Source: Dictyostelium discoideum (taxonomy: Eukaryota). Taken from it: DNA of 64,000 bases. Below the pieces are notes generated by a model. It was not told the DNA's origin. It did not search any database and was given only the letters and a program-made list of their open reading frames with translations. This document shows, in pieces, positions 54,631-64,000 of this stretch (position 1 is the first letter of the stretch; each line of letters opens with the position of its first letter). The position numbers were made by a program, and so were the translations under genes. Where the stretch lies: NCBI GenBank assembly GCA_000004695.1, contig CM000150.2, positions 3,200,001-3,264,000 of the forward strand. The letters run 5' to 3'.

Positions 54631-55699
54631 TGTATATTTATATTATAATTATTATTTGTAAATAAAAATAGGGGAAATAAAAAAGTTTAAATATATAAAA
54701 AAAAAAAAATAAAAAATATTTATAGGCTTCATAATAATAAATTTTAAAAAAAAATAAAATTTTTTAATTTGGATCAATAGATGAATTATGTTAAAATTTC
54801 CTAAAATAAACATCCATCATTTTCCTTTTTTTTAAAGAAAAATATTTTGTTTTTTTTTTTTTTTTTTTTTTTTTTTTTGGATATTTAATAATAAGATTTT
54901 ATCTGGGGGTCATTGATGATTGTTTATTTTAGGAGACTTTATAATAAAAAATGAAAATCTCTTAGCTGATTGGTTATATCCAATTTTTTATTAATTTTTT
55001 TTTTTTTTTTCCTAAATATTTTTTTTTTTTTATTTTTTTTTTTTTATATATAAAGTTTATTTAAAAGATTAGCATTACATTTTATTATTTAATTTGATTA
55101 TGTGTTGTATATGTATTTTTTGATATATTTTTATTTATTTTAAAATTGTTGAATTAATTTAGTTCCATCATTGCCTTGTTTAAAAAAAAAAATTTTAAAG
55201 GGTTGAGTATAATTTTAATGTTTGCTCTTGATGACGTGAGGGGTGAGCAGTGAATGTGTAGAATTTTTTTTTTTTTTTTTAGTTTTCATATTGAACAAAT
55301 AATAAATTTTTTTTTTTTCAAAGTTATTTGATCTGAATTTGTTGGAAATATGTAAATTTTTTTTTTTTTTTTTTTTTTTTTTATTCAGTTTTGATGATAT
55401 TTAAAATTAAATGTATGAATAATAGTTTTTTTATAATATCAACTAATCAATGTTTATTCATTAAAGGATATAAATAATAGTTTGTTTTGTTTTTTAAGTA
55501 CCAGCTAATATTTTAAAAATTAAATAAAGAAATTAAGAATGAGGGTTTTTCGCTTTACAATTGATTGCGGATCAAACCCACATGTTATGAATTATTAATT
55601 CCATTGTGTTTCTATATGCCAAGGTTCTGTTAAAATGAAATTTTTTTTTTTTTTTTTTTTTGATATTAATTATTAATAATTATATTATTTAGAGTTAAA

Positions 55700-56294
55700 T
55701 AAATTGATCCACAATTACTCTATTTGGTAGGCTGTGTTTGGTATACTGTATTCGTTGATATTTTGATATTTAATATTTTTAATTTGTTTGATGTATTCTC
55801 ATTTACAAATTGAAAGTGTTCCTCTTGACTACATATATAAAGTAAAATTTTTTAATTTATTTATGTAGTTCAAGGTTGCAGATTTATACCATTTTTTGAG
55901 AACAATATCGTAGTTTAATATAGCGTCTTGAATTTTGTAATCACTGTAGAGTTGATGATAAAATCATATCTGATGTAATATCAAAGGAACTCACAATTAA
56001 TATTATATTAATGCTGTAAAGCATGAATCAAAACTAACTTTTTTATTTCATTTTTTCAGTTTTTATAATTTTTAAGTTTTCCTTATTTCCGACCATAAAG
56101 CTTTTAACAAACACTAAAATATATAAAATTAAATAAATTAATTATTATTTTAATTATTATTGTTCAATTGTTAATTATTATTCTTATTGACATTCCTATT
56201 ATTAATTTTTTTTTTTTTTAGATATTAATTAATTAGTTACTTGATCTTTATTTAGATCTTTAGTTATAATAAGTGTTTATTTTGGTTTTATGTG

Positions 56295-56328
<34 letters not shown>

Positions 56329-56640
56329 TTGTTTTACATAAATTGATCTACAAAAATTTTGTTACTGTATCCCAAGTAATCATTAGCATTCGGATTATAT
56401 TTTTAATGTATTCGTTTTAGTTGTGGATTAACTGAGGATCTTTAATCAAAGATATTTTAAAGTTTTTGATTTTATAGATGTAATCTAGCGTGGCTGATTT
56501 GTACCATTTGGTAGTCTAATTCTTCATTTTGAACTTTGATGTCACTGTATAGTTGATTGCAAATCCAGATCCAGACTTGATGTAGTATTAGTGCTATAAT
56601 GTTTTTATATGAAAATGATTTGGAGAGATCATAGTTTGTT
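55700..56640. repeat. Moderately GC-containing islands that form diverged direct repeats of about 650-bp period, downstream of tRNA-Ile. They may be old transposon or TRE3-type relics.
   Basis: Shared blocks include atttggtag, gtattcgtt, tagcgtc/tagcgtg and gatttataccatttttt / gatttgtaccatttggt. Another is cttgaattttgtaatcactgtagagttgatg versus cattttgaactttgatgtcactgtatagttgattg. The copies span 55700-55990 and 56400-56600. There is no intact ORF. Confidence 0.4.
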
Positions 56641-56780
56641 TGGTGTTATAAAGCAATTAAGTGAGGTTTATGAATATTATTAATTTTATGATTATTAAAA
56701 ACTTATTAATATTAAACAATGTAATTCATTTCAAAATCTCGAATGTGGATTTTGGGTAATCGATCCAACGATCTATCATT

Positions 56781-56805
56781 CGCCTTGCAAAAAAAAAAAA
56801 AAATT
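56781..56805 (-). terminator. Pol III terminator, a T16 run on the tRNA strand immediately 3' of tRNA-Ile.
   Basis: The minus strand reads aattttttttttttttttgcaaggcg starting at the tRNA discriminator base. Confidence 0.8.
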
Positions 56806-56879
56806 GCTCGATGCAGGGATCGAACCTGCGACCGTGGCGTTATTAGCACCACGCTCTGCCGACTGAGCTAATCGAGCCA
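56806..56879 (-). tRNA. tRNA-Ile (anticodon AAT/AAU).
   Basis: The reverse complement is GGCTCGATTAGCTCAGTCGGCAGAGCGTGGTGCTAATAACGCCACGGTCGCAGGTTCGATCCCTGCATCGAGCA. The acceptor is GGCTCGA/TCGAGC(C). The A box is TAGCTCAGTCGG. The anticodon loop CTAATAA gives AAT, which decodes AUU Ile. The B box is GGTTCGATCCC. Confidence 0.9.
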
Positions 56880-57009
56880 TTTTGATATTTTAGAAATAAA
56901 GTTACTCTATAAAATTAATAAATAAAAAGAAAGGAGCAGAAGAGACTATGAAATTGGAGGCCTGCAACTCTGGAATATGGCAACCAGATCCAATGCCCAG
57001 AAAGCATGG

Positions 57010-57075
57010 ATATACGAACAATACCTCAGAGAAAAAGACGACCAGAACTGCCCTCCACATATGAAAGCCTGGAAG
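57010..57075. repeat. Left arm of a ~60-bp inverted repeat that brackets the TRE5 ORF2 remnant. Its partner is at 57688..57744.
   Basis: atatacgaacaatacctcagagaaaaagacgaccagaactgccctccacatatgaaagcctggaag is the reverse complement of cttccagacttccatatgtggagggcagttctggtcgtctttttctctgaggtatat. Identity is about 92%, with a 7-nt indel. Confidence 0.8.
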
Positions 57076-57687
57076 TTGTTGCACCACCCAAGAGAGCGAA
57101 TTACTCTCAAACTAAACCAAGTCAAACCCAAATACAAAAACAAACAAAAATTAAAAGTAATCTATAGAAACATGATGGATATCAAATACAAGGGATGGAA
57201 CAAACACCAGCCAACAACAGGTCAAAAACTGATTCAAAAGAACATTAATCACCCAACTCTACCATTTAGAGAAGCCAGATCAATAACAACTATCAAAGGA
57301 AGAGACTTAGCATGGAGGTATCTACTCAAGGCACTTCCAAAACACCATGTGGAGAATTGCCACTCATGTAAAGAAGAAGAGTCGTCTATGCACATCTTCT
57401 TCGAATGCAAATCAATAAAACAGGATATCGACTCAATCTATCAAAAGGTCTGTAAAGACTCTAACAACACTTACCACGGTCCATGGAGCGAAAAAGTTCT
57501 CGGAAAACTACTCACACCATTCTCATCAAATCTGATAGGAGCCATTATGGAATCGATATGGTACAGAAGAAACCAAATAAAATTCAACGATAACACTACA
57601 ATAATAACAGAGAACCAAATAATTCATAAAATCAAAGGCTTTCCAGCATTTGATGTGAATCCTTGATAGTGAGTTTTCTTTTTCCGA

Positions 57688-57744
57688 CTTCCAGACTTCC
57701 ATATGTGGAGGGCAGTTCTGGTCGTCTTTTTCTCTGAGGTATAT
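57688..57744. repeat. Right arm of the inverted repeat, lying in the 3' UTR of the TRE5 fragment.
   Basis: See the partner at 57010..57075. Confidence 0.8.
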
Positions 57745-57757
57745 AACACCAACTACT

Positions 57758-57800
<43 letters not shown>

Positions 57801-58199
57801 ATAACAATAATAATAATAATATAATAATAATAATAATATAATAATAATAATAATAAAAAAATAAGAATAAAATAAAAAAAAAAAAAATATAAAAAAAAAA
57901 AAAAACTACAAATAAACTCTCCTAGAACACACTCAAATTGAGTGATGTTATTAAAAAAAAAAAATTAATAGATATTAAATATGCATATTACATTACTAAT
58001 TATAGTTGACACACATTTAAATAATATAATAATAATAATAATAATAATACTGTCAGCTCATTATGAATAATATAAATACTAAAGAATAATTTTATAAACA
58101 ATATTGAATATTATAAATATAAATTAATATTAAATAAAGATAACAAGGTATTATTCAATTATATAATTATTAATTATATATATTTATAAAGCTAACAAG

Positions 58200-58400
58200 C
58201 TTTATTACATTTTGGTCAGTTTTTGCTTAAAAATTTCCGCGACAGCATTTCCAATTAAAAAAAAAACTTCTGTGTATTCTAAAAAACTAACCCTTTCAGA
58301 GGCCCTGTAAATACATTACAAATAAAAGAGATATAGCGTCTCAAGGAGAAGCAACTAACAATTGCGCTATTCAATTAAAAAAAAAAAAAAAAAAAAAAAA
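58200..58400 (+). mobile_element. TRE5-type C-module-like 3' terminus with an oligo(A) tail and a short B-module-like segment before it. It is a solo 3' fragment, or the distal end of the 56930 element.
   Basis: ...aaaaatttccgcgacagcatttccaatt...gaggccctgtaaatacattacaaataaaagagatatagcgtctcaaggagaagcaactaacaattgcgctattcaatt plus an A25 run. This is about 85% identical to the TRE5-A C-module copies in reverse complement at 19395-19470 and 20396-20459 (agaccctgtaaaaa...gagatctagcatctcaaggagaagcaa(c/a)taataattgcgttat). Confidence 0.55.
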
Positions 58401-58904
58401 GTCCTTATATTGAATTTTTATATTTAAATGATTCATAAAAAGCTCCATAAATTTTTAAAACCTTTGTTTTTTTTTTTTTGTTAACTGCAATCTTTTTAAA
58501 AGTTGTTATTAAAAAAAGATTAACACTTTATATTCATAGAATTCGATTCGTTATTGTTTTTTTAATATTAAATAAAAATGATTAATTTAATATAAAAAAA
58601 AATTTATAGCAAAAAAAAAAAAAAAAAAAAAAAAAAGAAACTACTACGAAAGTTGTTTTCATTCTTTTATTTAAATAATAATTGAGCTGAACTTAATTTC
58701 TTTATACTAAAATTTATAAAATAATTTGCTTTGTTGATATTTTGATAAAATTATTCCTAAAAAATTCTATTCTTTTAAAATTCGAAGAACATTACCTCAA
58801 TAAATAAGAAATCGCTACAAGAATCTTGAAAATATAAGAAAATTTAATCTCGATCGTTTTTTTAAAAAAGAAAAAAAAAACCAACTTATCAAAAAAAAAA
58901 ATAA

Positions 58905-59030
58905 AAAAACTGGTATGAATCGAGAAAATGAAAAAAAAAAAAAACTGGTGTGGATTGAGAAAATGAAAAAAAAAAAACTGGTATGAATCGAGAAAATGAA
59001 AAAAAATAAAAAAAAATAAAAAATAAAAAA
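58905..59030. repeat. Minisatellite of about 37-bp units in 3 copies.
   Basis: The units are aaactggtatgaatcgagaaaatgaaaaaaaaaaaa, aactggtgtggattgagaaaatgaaaaaaaaaaa and aactggtatgaatcgagaaaatgaaaaaaaat. Confidence 0.85.
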
Positions 59031-59243
59031 GGTTGAATTTCTTTGTGGGTGTCATCATCCAAGGATTATTTTTGGTCATAGCTTGGAAAACATCATGAGC
59101 ATAAACAAATCAACTTTTGAAAATAACAGATAATGATAGAAATTTTCGAACCCCAAATTAATACTTCCTTGAAATCCAGAGTTTTAGACCAACTGTTTTT
59201 AAGTTTCCCAAAAATCAAAAAAAAAATATTAAAAAAAAAGTTT

Positions 59244-59284
<41 letters not shown>

Positions 59285-59660
59285 AAAAAAAAAAAAATAA
59301 AATATCACGATATCTATTTGTGTGTGAAAACACCACAACACAACACAATTGTAAATAATCAAAAAAATAAAAAATAAAAAAATAATAATAACATAAAAAA
59401 AAAAGAAAAAAAATTTAAAATACAAAAAATAAAAAAATAAAAAAACAAAAAATAAAATAAAAAATAAAATAATTAAAAAATAAATAAATAATTTTAAAAT
59501 TAAAATTATATAAATATAAATATAAAATAATTATAATAATATAAAATAAAATAATTTTAAAAAAAAAAAAAAACAAAACACACAATCAAAAAAAAAAAAA
59601 TCTTAAATCAAAAAAATAAAAAAAAAAAATCTCTATATATAAGAAAAAAAGAAAAAAAAA

Positions 59661-61385
59661 ATGTTTAGTTCAATTATGTTTAAAAAAAAACCCAAACAAA
59701 ACTTAAATGAAAATGAAATAACATCACAATCAACCACAACAACATCAACTTTATCAGATTCAAAACCAAGTGAAAAGAAAATAAAAGATAATAAAAATGA
59801 TAAATTTAAAATTAATGAAAATGATACAATAGTTGAAATTGAGTGGGAATCTGATATTCAACAAAAATATGATTTAATAGCATTATATGATAATGATACA
59901 AATGTAATTGATGATTATATATGGCATTGGAAAATAAATGATGAATATACCTATAATAATAATAATACAAATATAATTAGAGATCCAAATAAAAATTATT
60001 ATATAAAATATTGGAGAATTGATGACAATAATAATGGAATTAATCATCATCATCATTATAATCATCATCATCATATAAATAATCATCATCATAATCATAT
60101 TAAAACGAATCATCATAGTCTTCCACCTAATCTTCATTTATCACCACTTCATAATAATAATCATCATCGTCATCATAGTCACCAATTTCCAAAAGTATCA
60201 ATTAATAATGTTTATAAACAAATTCATAATTATAAATTAAAAAATCATTTTATAAGGCAACAATTTCAAAATAATTCAACAACAAATCAAGATACAATTA
60301 AAATTAAATTATCGCATTTTGAAGAAAGAAATCTATTAAAATCAGTAGATTATTCAGGAGAGATGTTTAAACAATACTCAAATTGGATGACAAATAATTG
60401 GGAAAGAATTAAAGATAAAATGGTTAGAGACCTAGTTTTACCAGGTAGTCATGATGCTGCAACCTATGGAATTAAATCAAGTTCGTTAAGAGTACCAGGT
60501 GATAAAGTACCATCATTTATACCAAATTCAATTGTATCAAAATGGTCAAAAACTCAAAGTGGAAATATATTTAAACAATTAACAATGGGTTACCGTTATT
60601 TTGATCTTAGAGTTGCACCATATCCAGTCACTGGTAAATTATATATTTATCATGCAATGTTTTCAGTTCCAGTTTCCGAAGTTTTAGATGATATAGTTAA
60701 ATTTATAAAAAATACAAATTATTATCAACAACCAAATAGTAGTAATAATAATGATGAAAAACAACAATTACAACAACAACAACAATTATTTAAAAAAGAA
60801 ATAATTTTATTACATTGGAATCATTTAGGATATTTATCAATTGAACAACATCAAGAATTACAATTAATGATTAAATCCAAATTAGATGGTATGTTGGCAA
60901 ATAGACAATTAGGTAACAATGTAAAAGTTAGAGAATTAGAATTTACACCAATTATAAATATTTATGATGATAATGGTTTAAAGAAACGTATTATAAATGA
61001 TGATGGTAAAAAAAGTAAACAACCATTTGATTCAATTCAAAATGAACCATTATTTTGGTACTCCAATAAATCGTTGGTATCAAATTATGATTCAAATCAA
61101 TTTCATACAAGTAAAGATGTAATATCATTTCTATCAAGAGAAGTTACCTATAATCATAAAGATAGATTTTGGGTAGCTCAATGTATCTTAACAATTGATT
61201 CAAAAAAATTATTACATATCACTACAAATTCATTATTGGACTGGAATCATTCTGAATTTCCAAAATTTTTAAAGTTTTTTGAAAATTTGGAAGAAAAAAA
61301 AGTTCCAACAAATATTATAATGACTGATTTTTGTACTCATTATCCAATAACTGATTACGCAATTAGAAGAAATATAAATGAATAA
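59661..61385 (+). CDS. PI-PLC X-domain-containing (PLC-like phosphodiesterase, PLCXD-type) protein with a His/Asn-rich N-terminal insert.
   Basis: 574-aa ORF containing ...MVRDLVLPGSHDAATYGIKS...WSKTQSGNIFKQLTMGYRYFDLRVAPYP.TGKLYIYHAMF.... The catalytic His sits in the L(P)GSHD.. motif, and the RYFDLR motif of the PI-PLC X-box TIM-barrel is present. HHHHYNHHHHINNHHHNH lies upstream. There is no Y-box and no C2 domain. Confidence 0.75.
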   Translation: MFSSIMFKKKPKQNLNENEITSQSTTTTSTLSDSKPSEKKIKDNKNDKFKINENDTIVEIEWESDIQQKYDLIALYDNDTNVIDDYIWHWKINDEYTYNNNNTNIIRDPNKNYYIKYWRIDDNNNGINHHHHYNHHHHINNHHHNHIKTNHHSLPPNLHLSPLHNNNHHRHHSHQFPKVSINNVYKQIHNYKLKNHFIRQQFQNNSTTNQDTIKIKLSHFEERNLLKSVDYSGEMFKQYSNWMTNNWERIKDKMVRDLVLPGSHDAATYGIKSSSLRVPGDKVPSFIPNSIVSKWSKTQSGNIFKQLTMGYRYFDLRVAPYPVTGKLYIYHAMFSVPVSEVLDDIVKFIKNTNYYQQPNSSNNNDEKQQLQQQQQLFKKEIILLHWNHLGYLSIEQHQELQLMIKSKLDGMLANRQLGNNVKVRELEFTPIINIYDDNGLKKRIINDDGKKSKQPFDSIQNEPLFWYSNKSLVSNYDSNQFHTSKDVISFLSREVTYNHKDRFWVAQCILTIDSKKLLHITTNSLLDWNHSEFPKFLKFFENLEEKKVPTNIIMTDFCTHYPITDYAIRRNINE

Positions 61386-61648
61386 TATAAATAAAACATA
61401 TATTAATTTATTTATATTCTTTTTTTTTTTTTAAAACTTAAAATTAATAAATAAATATATATTTAAAATTTTATTAATAAAATAAAGATTTTTTAATTTT
61501 ATTATTTATTATTTATTAATTTTATATTTGATTTATTTATTTAATTTTATAAAATAATGATTATTTTTTTATTTATTTTTTTTATTTTTTTTTTTTATTT
61601 TTTATTTTAATTTATATGTTATTTTTTATTTTTTTATTTTTTATTTAT

Positions 61649-62708
61649 TTAATTTTCAGCTTGTTCTTCATGTTCTTCATGTTCTTCTTGATATTCACCA
61701 CCATCTTCTTCAGTTTCTTGGTTAGAATATTGTTGATATTCGTAAACTAAATCGTTCATGTTTGATTCAGCTTCAGTAAATTCCAATTCTTCCATACCTT
61801 CGAGGGTGTACCAATGAAGGAAAGCCTTTCTACGGAACATAGCTTGGAAGTGAATTGAGATACGTTTGAAGAGATCTTGGATGGCAGTGTTGTTACCGAT
61901 GAAGGTGACGGCCATTGGGGTACCTTTTGGTGGGATATCACAAATGGAGGATTTAATGTTGTGTGGAATCCATTCGACAAAGTAACTGCTATTTTTGGTT
62001 TGAATGTTGTGCATTTGTTCATCGACTTCCTTGGTGAAGATTTTACCTCTAAAGAGAGCAGAGGCAGTCAAGTATTTACCATTGTGTGGATCGGAAGCAG
62101 CCATCATATTCTTGGCATCAAACATTTGTTGGGTGAGTTCTGGTACGGTGATACGATTGTATGACGAGGCACCTTTGGCAGTGAGTGGAGCGAAACCAAC
62201 CAAAAAGAAGTGAAGACGTGGGAATGGAATTAAATTTACAGCTAATTTACGAAGATCAGAGTTCAATTGACCTGGGAAACGAAGACAACAGGTGATACCA
62301 GACATAACTGATGAGATGAGATGATTTAAATCACCATAGTTTGGTTGGGTGAGTTTGAGTGTACGGAAGCAAATATCGTGGAGTGCTTCATTATCAATAC
62401 ACATAACCTCATCGGCATTTTCAACCAATTGATGGACAGAGAGGGTAGCATTGTATGGTTCTACGACTGTTAATGATACCTTTGGTGATGGTACAACTGA
62501 AAATGTACACATCATACGATCTGGGAATTCTTCACGAATCTTACTAATCAATAAAGTACCTAAACCTGAACCTGTACCACCACCAATTGAATGGGTGACT
62601 TGGAAACCTTGTAAACAATCACAACCTTCTGTTTCTCTACGTACAACATCAAGTACTGATTCAACTAATTCAACACCTTCAGTATAATGACCTTTAGCCC
62701 AATTATTA

Positions 62709-62742
<34 letters not shown>

Positions 62743-63130
62743 GATAGTTGATAAATAAAAAAAAGTTAATATTATATATGTATCATTAAAAATAATAAAT
62801 AAATAAATGAATAAATAACATACCTGCACCAGATTGACCATGGATGAAATTATCTGGTCTGAATAATTTACCATATGGACTGGCTTTGATGGTATCAACT
62901 GTACCTGGTTCAAGATCGACAAGTACAGATCTTGGAACGTATTTACCATCTCTAGCTTCATTGTAGTATACATTAATTCTTTCTAATTGGAGACGTTTTA
63001 AATGTTCGTCTTCACCACCAGCGTGGAAACCATCGCTTTGGATACCGTGTTCTTCAGAAATTACTTCCCAAAATTTGGAACCAATTTGATTACCACATTG
63101 ACCTGCTTGAATTTGTACAATTTCTCTCAT
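61649..63130 (-). CDS. tubB: Beta-tubulin, join(61649..62709,62824..63130), 455 aa.
   Basis: Exon 1 is [30 protein letters not shown]...[14 protein letters not shown], ending with a G|GTATGT donor in phase 1. Exon 2 is [25 protein letters not shown]...[25 protein letters not shown]...acidic tail [20 protein letters not shown]. The 114-nt AT intron holds a T24 run. Confidence 0.9.
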
Positions 63131-63323
63131 TTTATTTTGCTATATATTGTTTTGTTTTGATGAGGAAATAAAAATATAAAAAAAAAAAATTAAAACTAAT
63201 CTAAATAATTAAAAAAATTAAAATTATTAAATTAGTATTATATTATATTTGGATAAATATAAATATGAAAAAAAATAAAAAAAAAATAAAAAATAAAAAA
63301 ATTGAAAATAAAAAAAAAAAAAT

Positions 63324-63381
<58 letters not shown>

Positions 63382-63693
63382 TTATGTGTTGATATAAATA
63401 AACCATGATTTTTCTTATTTTTTTTTTTTTTAATTTTTTATTTATAAAAAATTGATGAATTATTGTTATTAAAATAAAATAATTCTTTTTTTTTATTTAT
63501 ATTTATTAATATTAAATTTAGTATTTGTTATTTGGAATAACTTACTAAATTACAAATTATATTAGTTTAATGTATAAAAAAAAGGTGAAGGTGTTGGTGA
63601 TAAATAAATTTTTAGAAAAAAAAAAAAAAAATTGAGGAGCAGGATCAAAAATTAAAAAAAAAAAAAAAAATTGAAAAAAAAAAAAAAAAATTG

Positions 63694-63736
<43 letters not shown>

Positions 63737-64000
63737 TTTTTTCAAATTTTTTATAATAAACCACTGATAGGCAACCAAAAAAAAAAAAAAATGAAAAAAA
63801 AAAAATGAAATTTTCCCGCGCATATTTTTTTGAGGTTCAAAAATAAAAATTTAACCCACAAAAAACAATCCTATTTTAACCCACTCGTTAATATATCTTT
63901 TTTTTCCAATCAAAATACTAATTTTTTTTAATATATATCGAGTATGAATTTTTTTTTTTTTTTTTTTTAATTTTTTTTTATATCATGTCAAAAAAAAAAA

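Larger units (their letters stand above)
56930..57797 (+). mobile_element. 5'-truncated TRE5-family element, a subfamily distinct from TRE5-A and possibly TRE5-B/C. It retains the ORF2 C-terminal zinc-knuckle region, the 3' UTR and poly(A). Its proximal end is about 50 bp upstream of tRNA-Ile, with head-to-head orientation.
   Basis: The ORF tail (57066..57666) reads LLHHPRERITLK...LAWRYLLKALPKHHVENCHSCKEEESSMHIFFECKSIKQDIDSIYQKVC...SIWYRRNQIKFNDN...*. It is collinear with the TRE5-A ORF2 tail at 19882..20378 but only about 40% identical. It is GC-richer than the surrounding sequence. A poly(A) run lies at 57761-57797. Confidence 0.65.

Noticed and set aside
56902-57143. Two short minus-strand ORFs (56902..57087, 56946..57143) and the first ~28 codons of ORF 56977..57666.
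   Set aside because: They lie in the inverted-repeat arm and the 5' junction of the TRE5 fragment. They are unrelated to the ORF2 sequence and are artefacts of the inverted 3'-UTR copy.
58541-58556. catagaattcgattcg, which resembles the TRE5-A target-site duplication catgaattcgatttt.
   Set aside because: There is only a single copy, 140 bp beyond the oligo(A) of the C-module fragment, with no partner repeat. It is most likely coincidence.

Overview
The window is Dictyostelium discoideum-type nuclear DNA. It is extremely AT-rich, with long homopolymer and (AAT)n/(CAA)n tracts inside coding sequence, short AT-rich introns with GTAAGT-like donors, and tRNA genes flanked by TRE5 retrotransposons, so CRISPR and operon logic do not apply. 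About 30 protein-coding genes can be supported. Most had to be rebuilt across short introns, because the ORF track only sees single exons and also allows TTG starts.

Genes recognised by reading the translations:
- NC2beta/Dr1 (2 exons)
- a mitochondrial uL24-like ribosomal protein (2 exons)
- MAK16 (5 exons)
- an EH-domain protein
- a Zn(II)2Cys6 transcription factor that probably continues into C-terminal PAS-like exons
- a TauE/SafE-type membrane protein (3 exons)
- a Josephin-domain protein (3 exons)
- a divergent profilin-like protein (3 exons)
- an EAF-domain gene that may be fused to a downstream S/N/D-rich AT-hook ORF
- a PH-domain protein
- an EF-hand/coiled-coil protein with a CAAX box
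- large-subunit catalase (catB-like, 3 exons, 693 aa)
- alpha-N-terminal methyltransferase NTMT1 (2 exons)
- a cytochrome P450 (3 exons, one frameshift)
- two BTB/POZ paralogs
- a PI-PLC X-domain protein
- beta-tubulin (2 exons)

Non-genic highlights:
- A nested TRE5-A cluster (a ~2.4 kb TRE5-A.2-like copy with 15-bp TSDs plus an older 3' fragment) lies about 47 bp upstream of tRNA-Thr(AGU), which also has an external B box.
- A second TRE5-type 3' remnant with an unusual ~60-bp inverted repeat lies about 50 bp upstream of tRNA-Ile(AAU).
- A tandem array of about 2.7 kb F-box gene units carries mutually complementary disabling lesions.
- A tandem triplet of small two-TM protein genes has only one intact copy.

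All calls come from reading the sequence and translations by eye. No database search was run.
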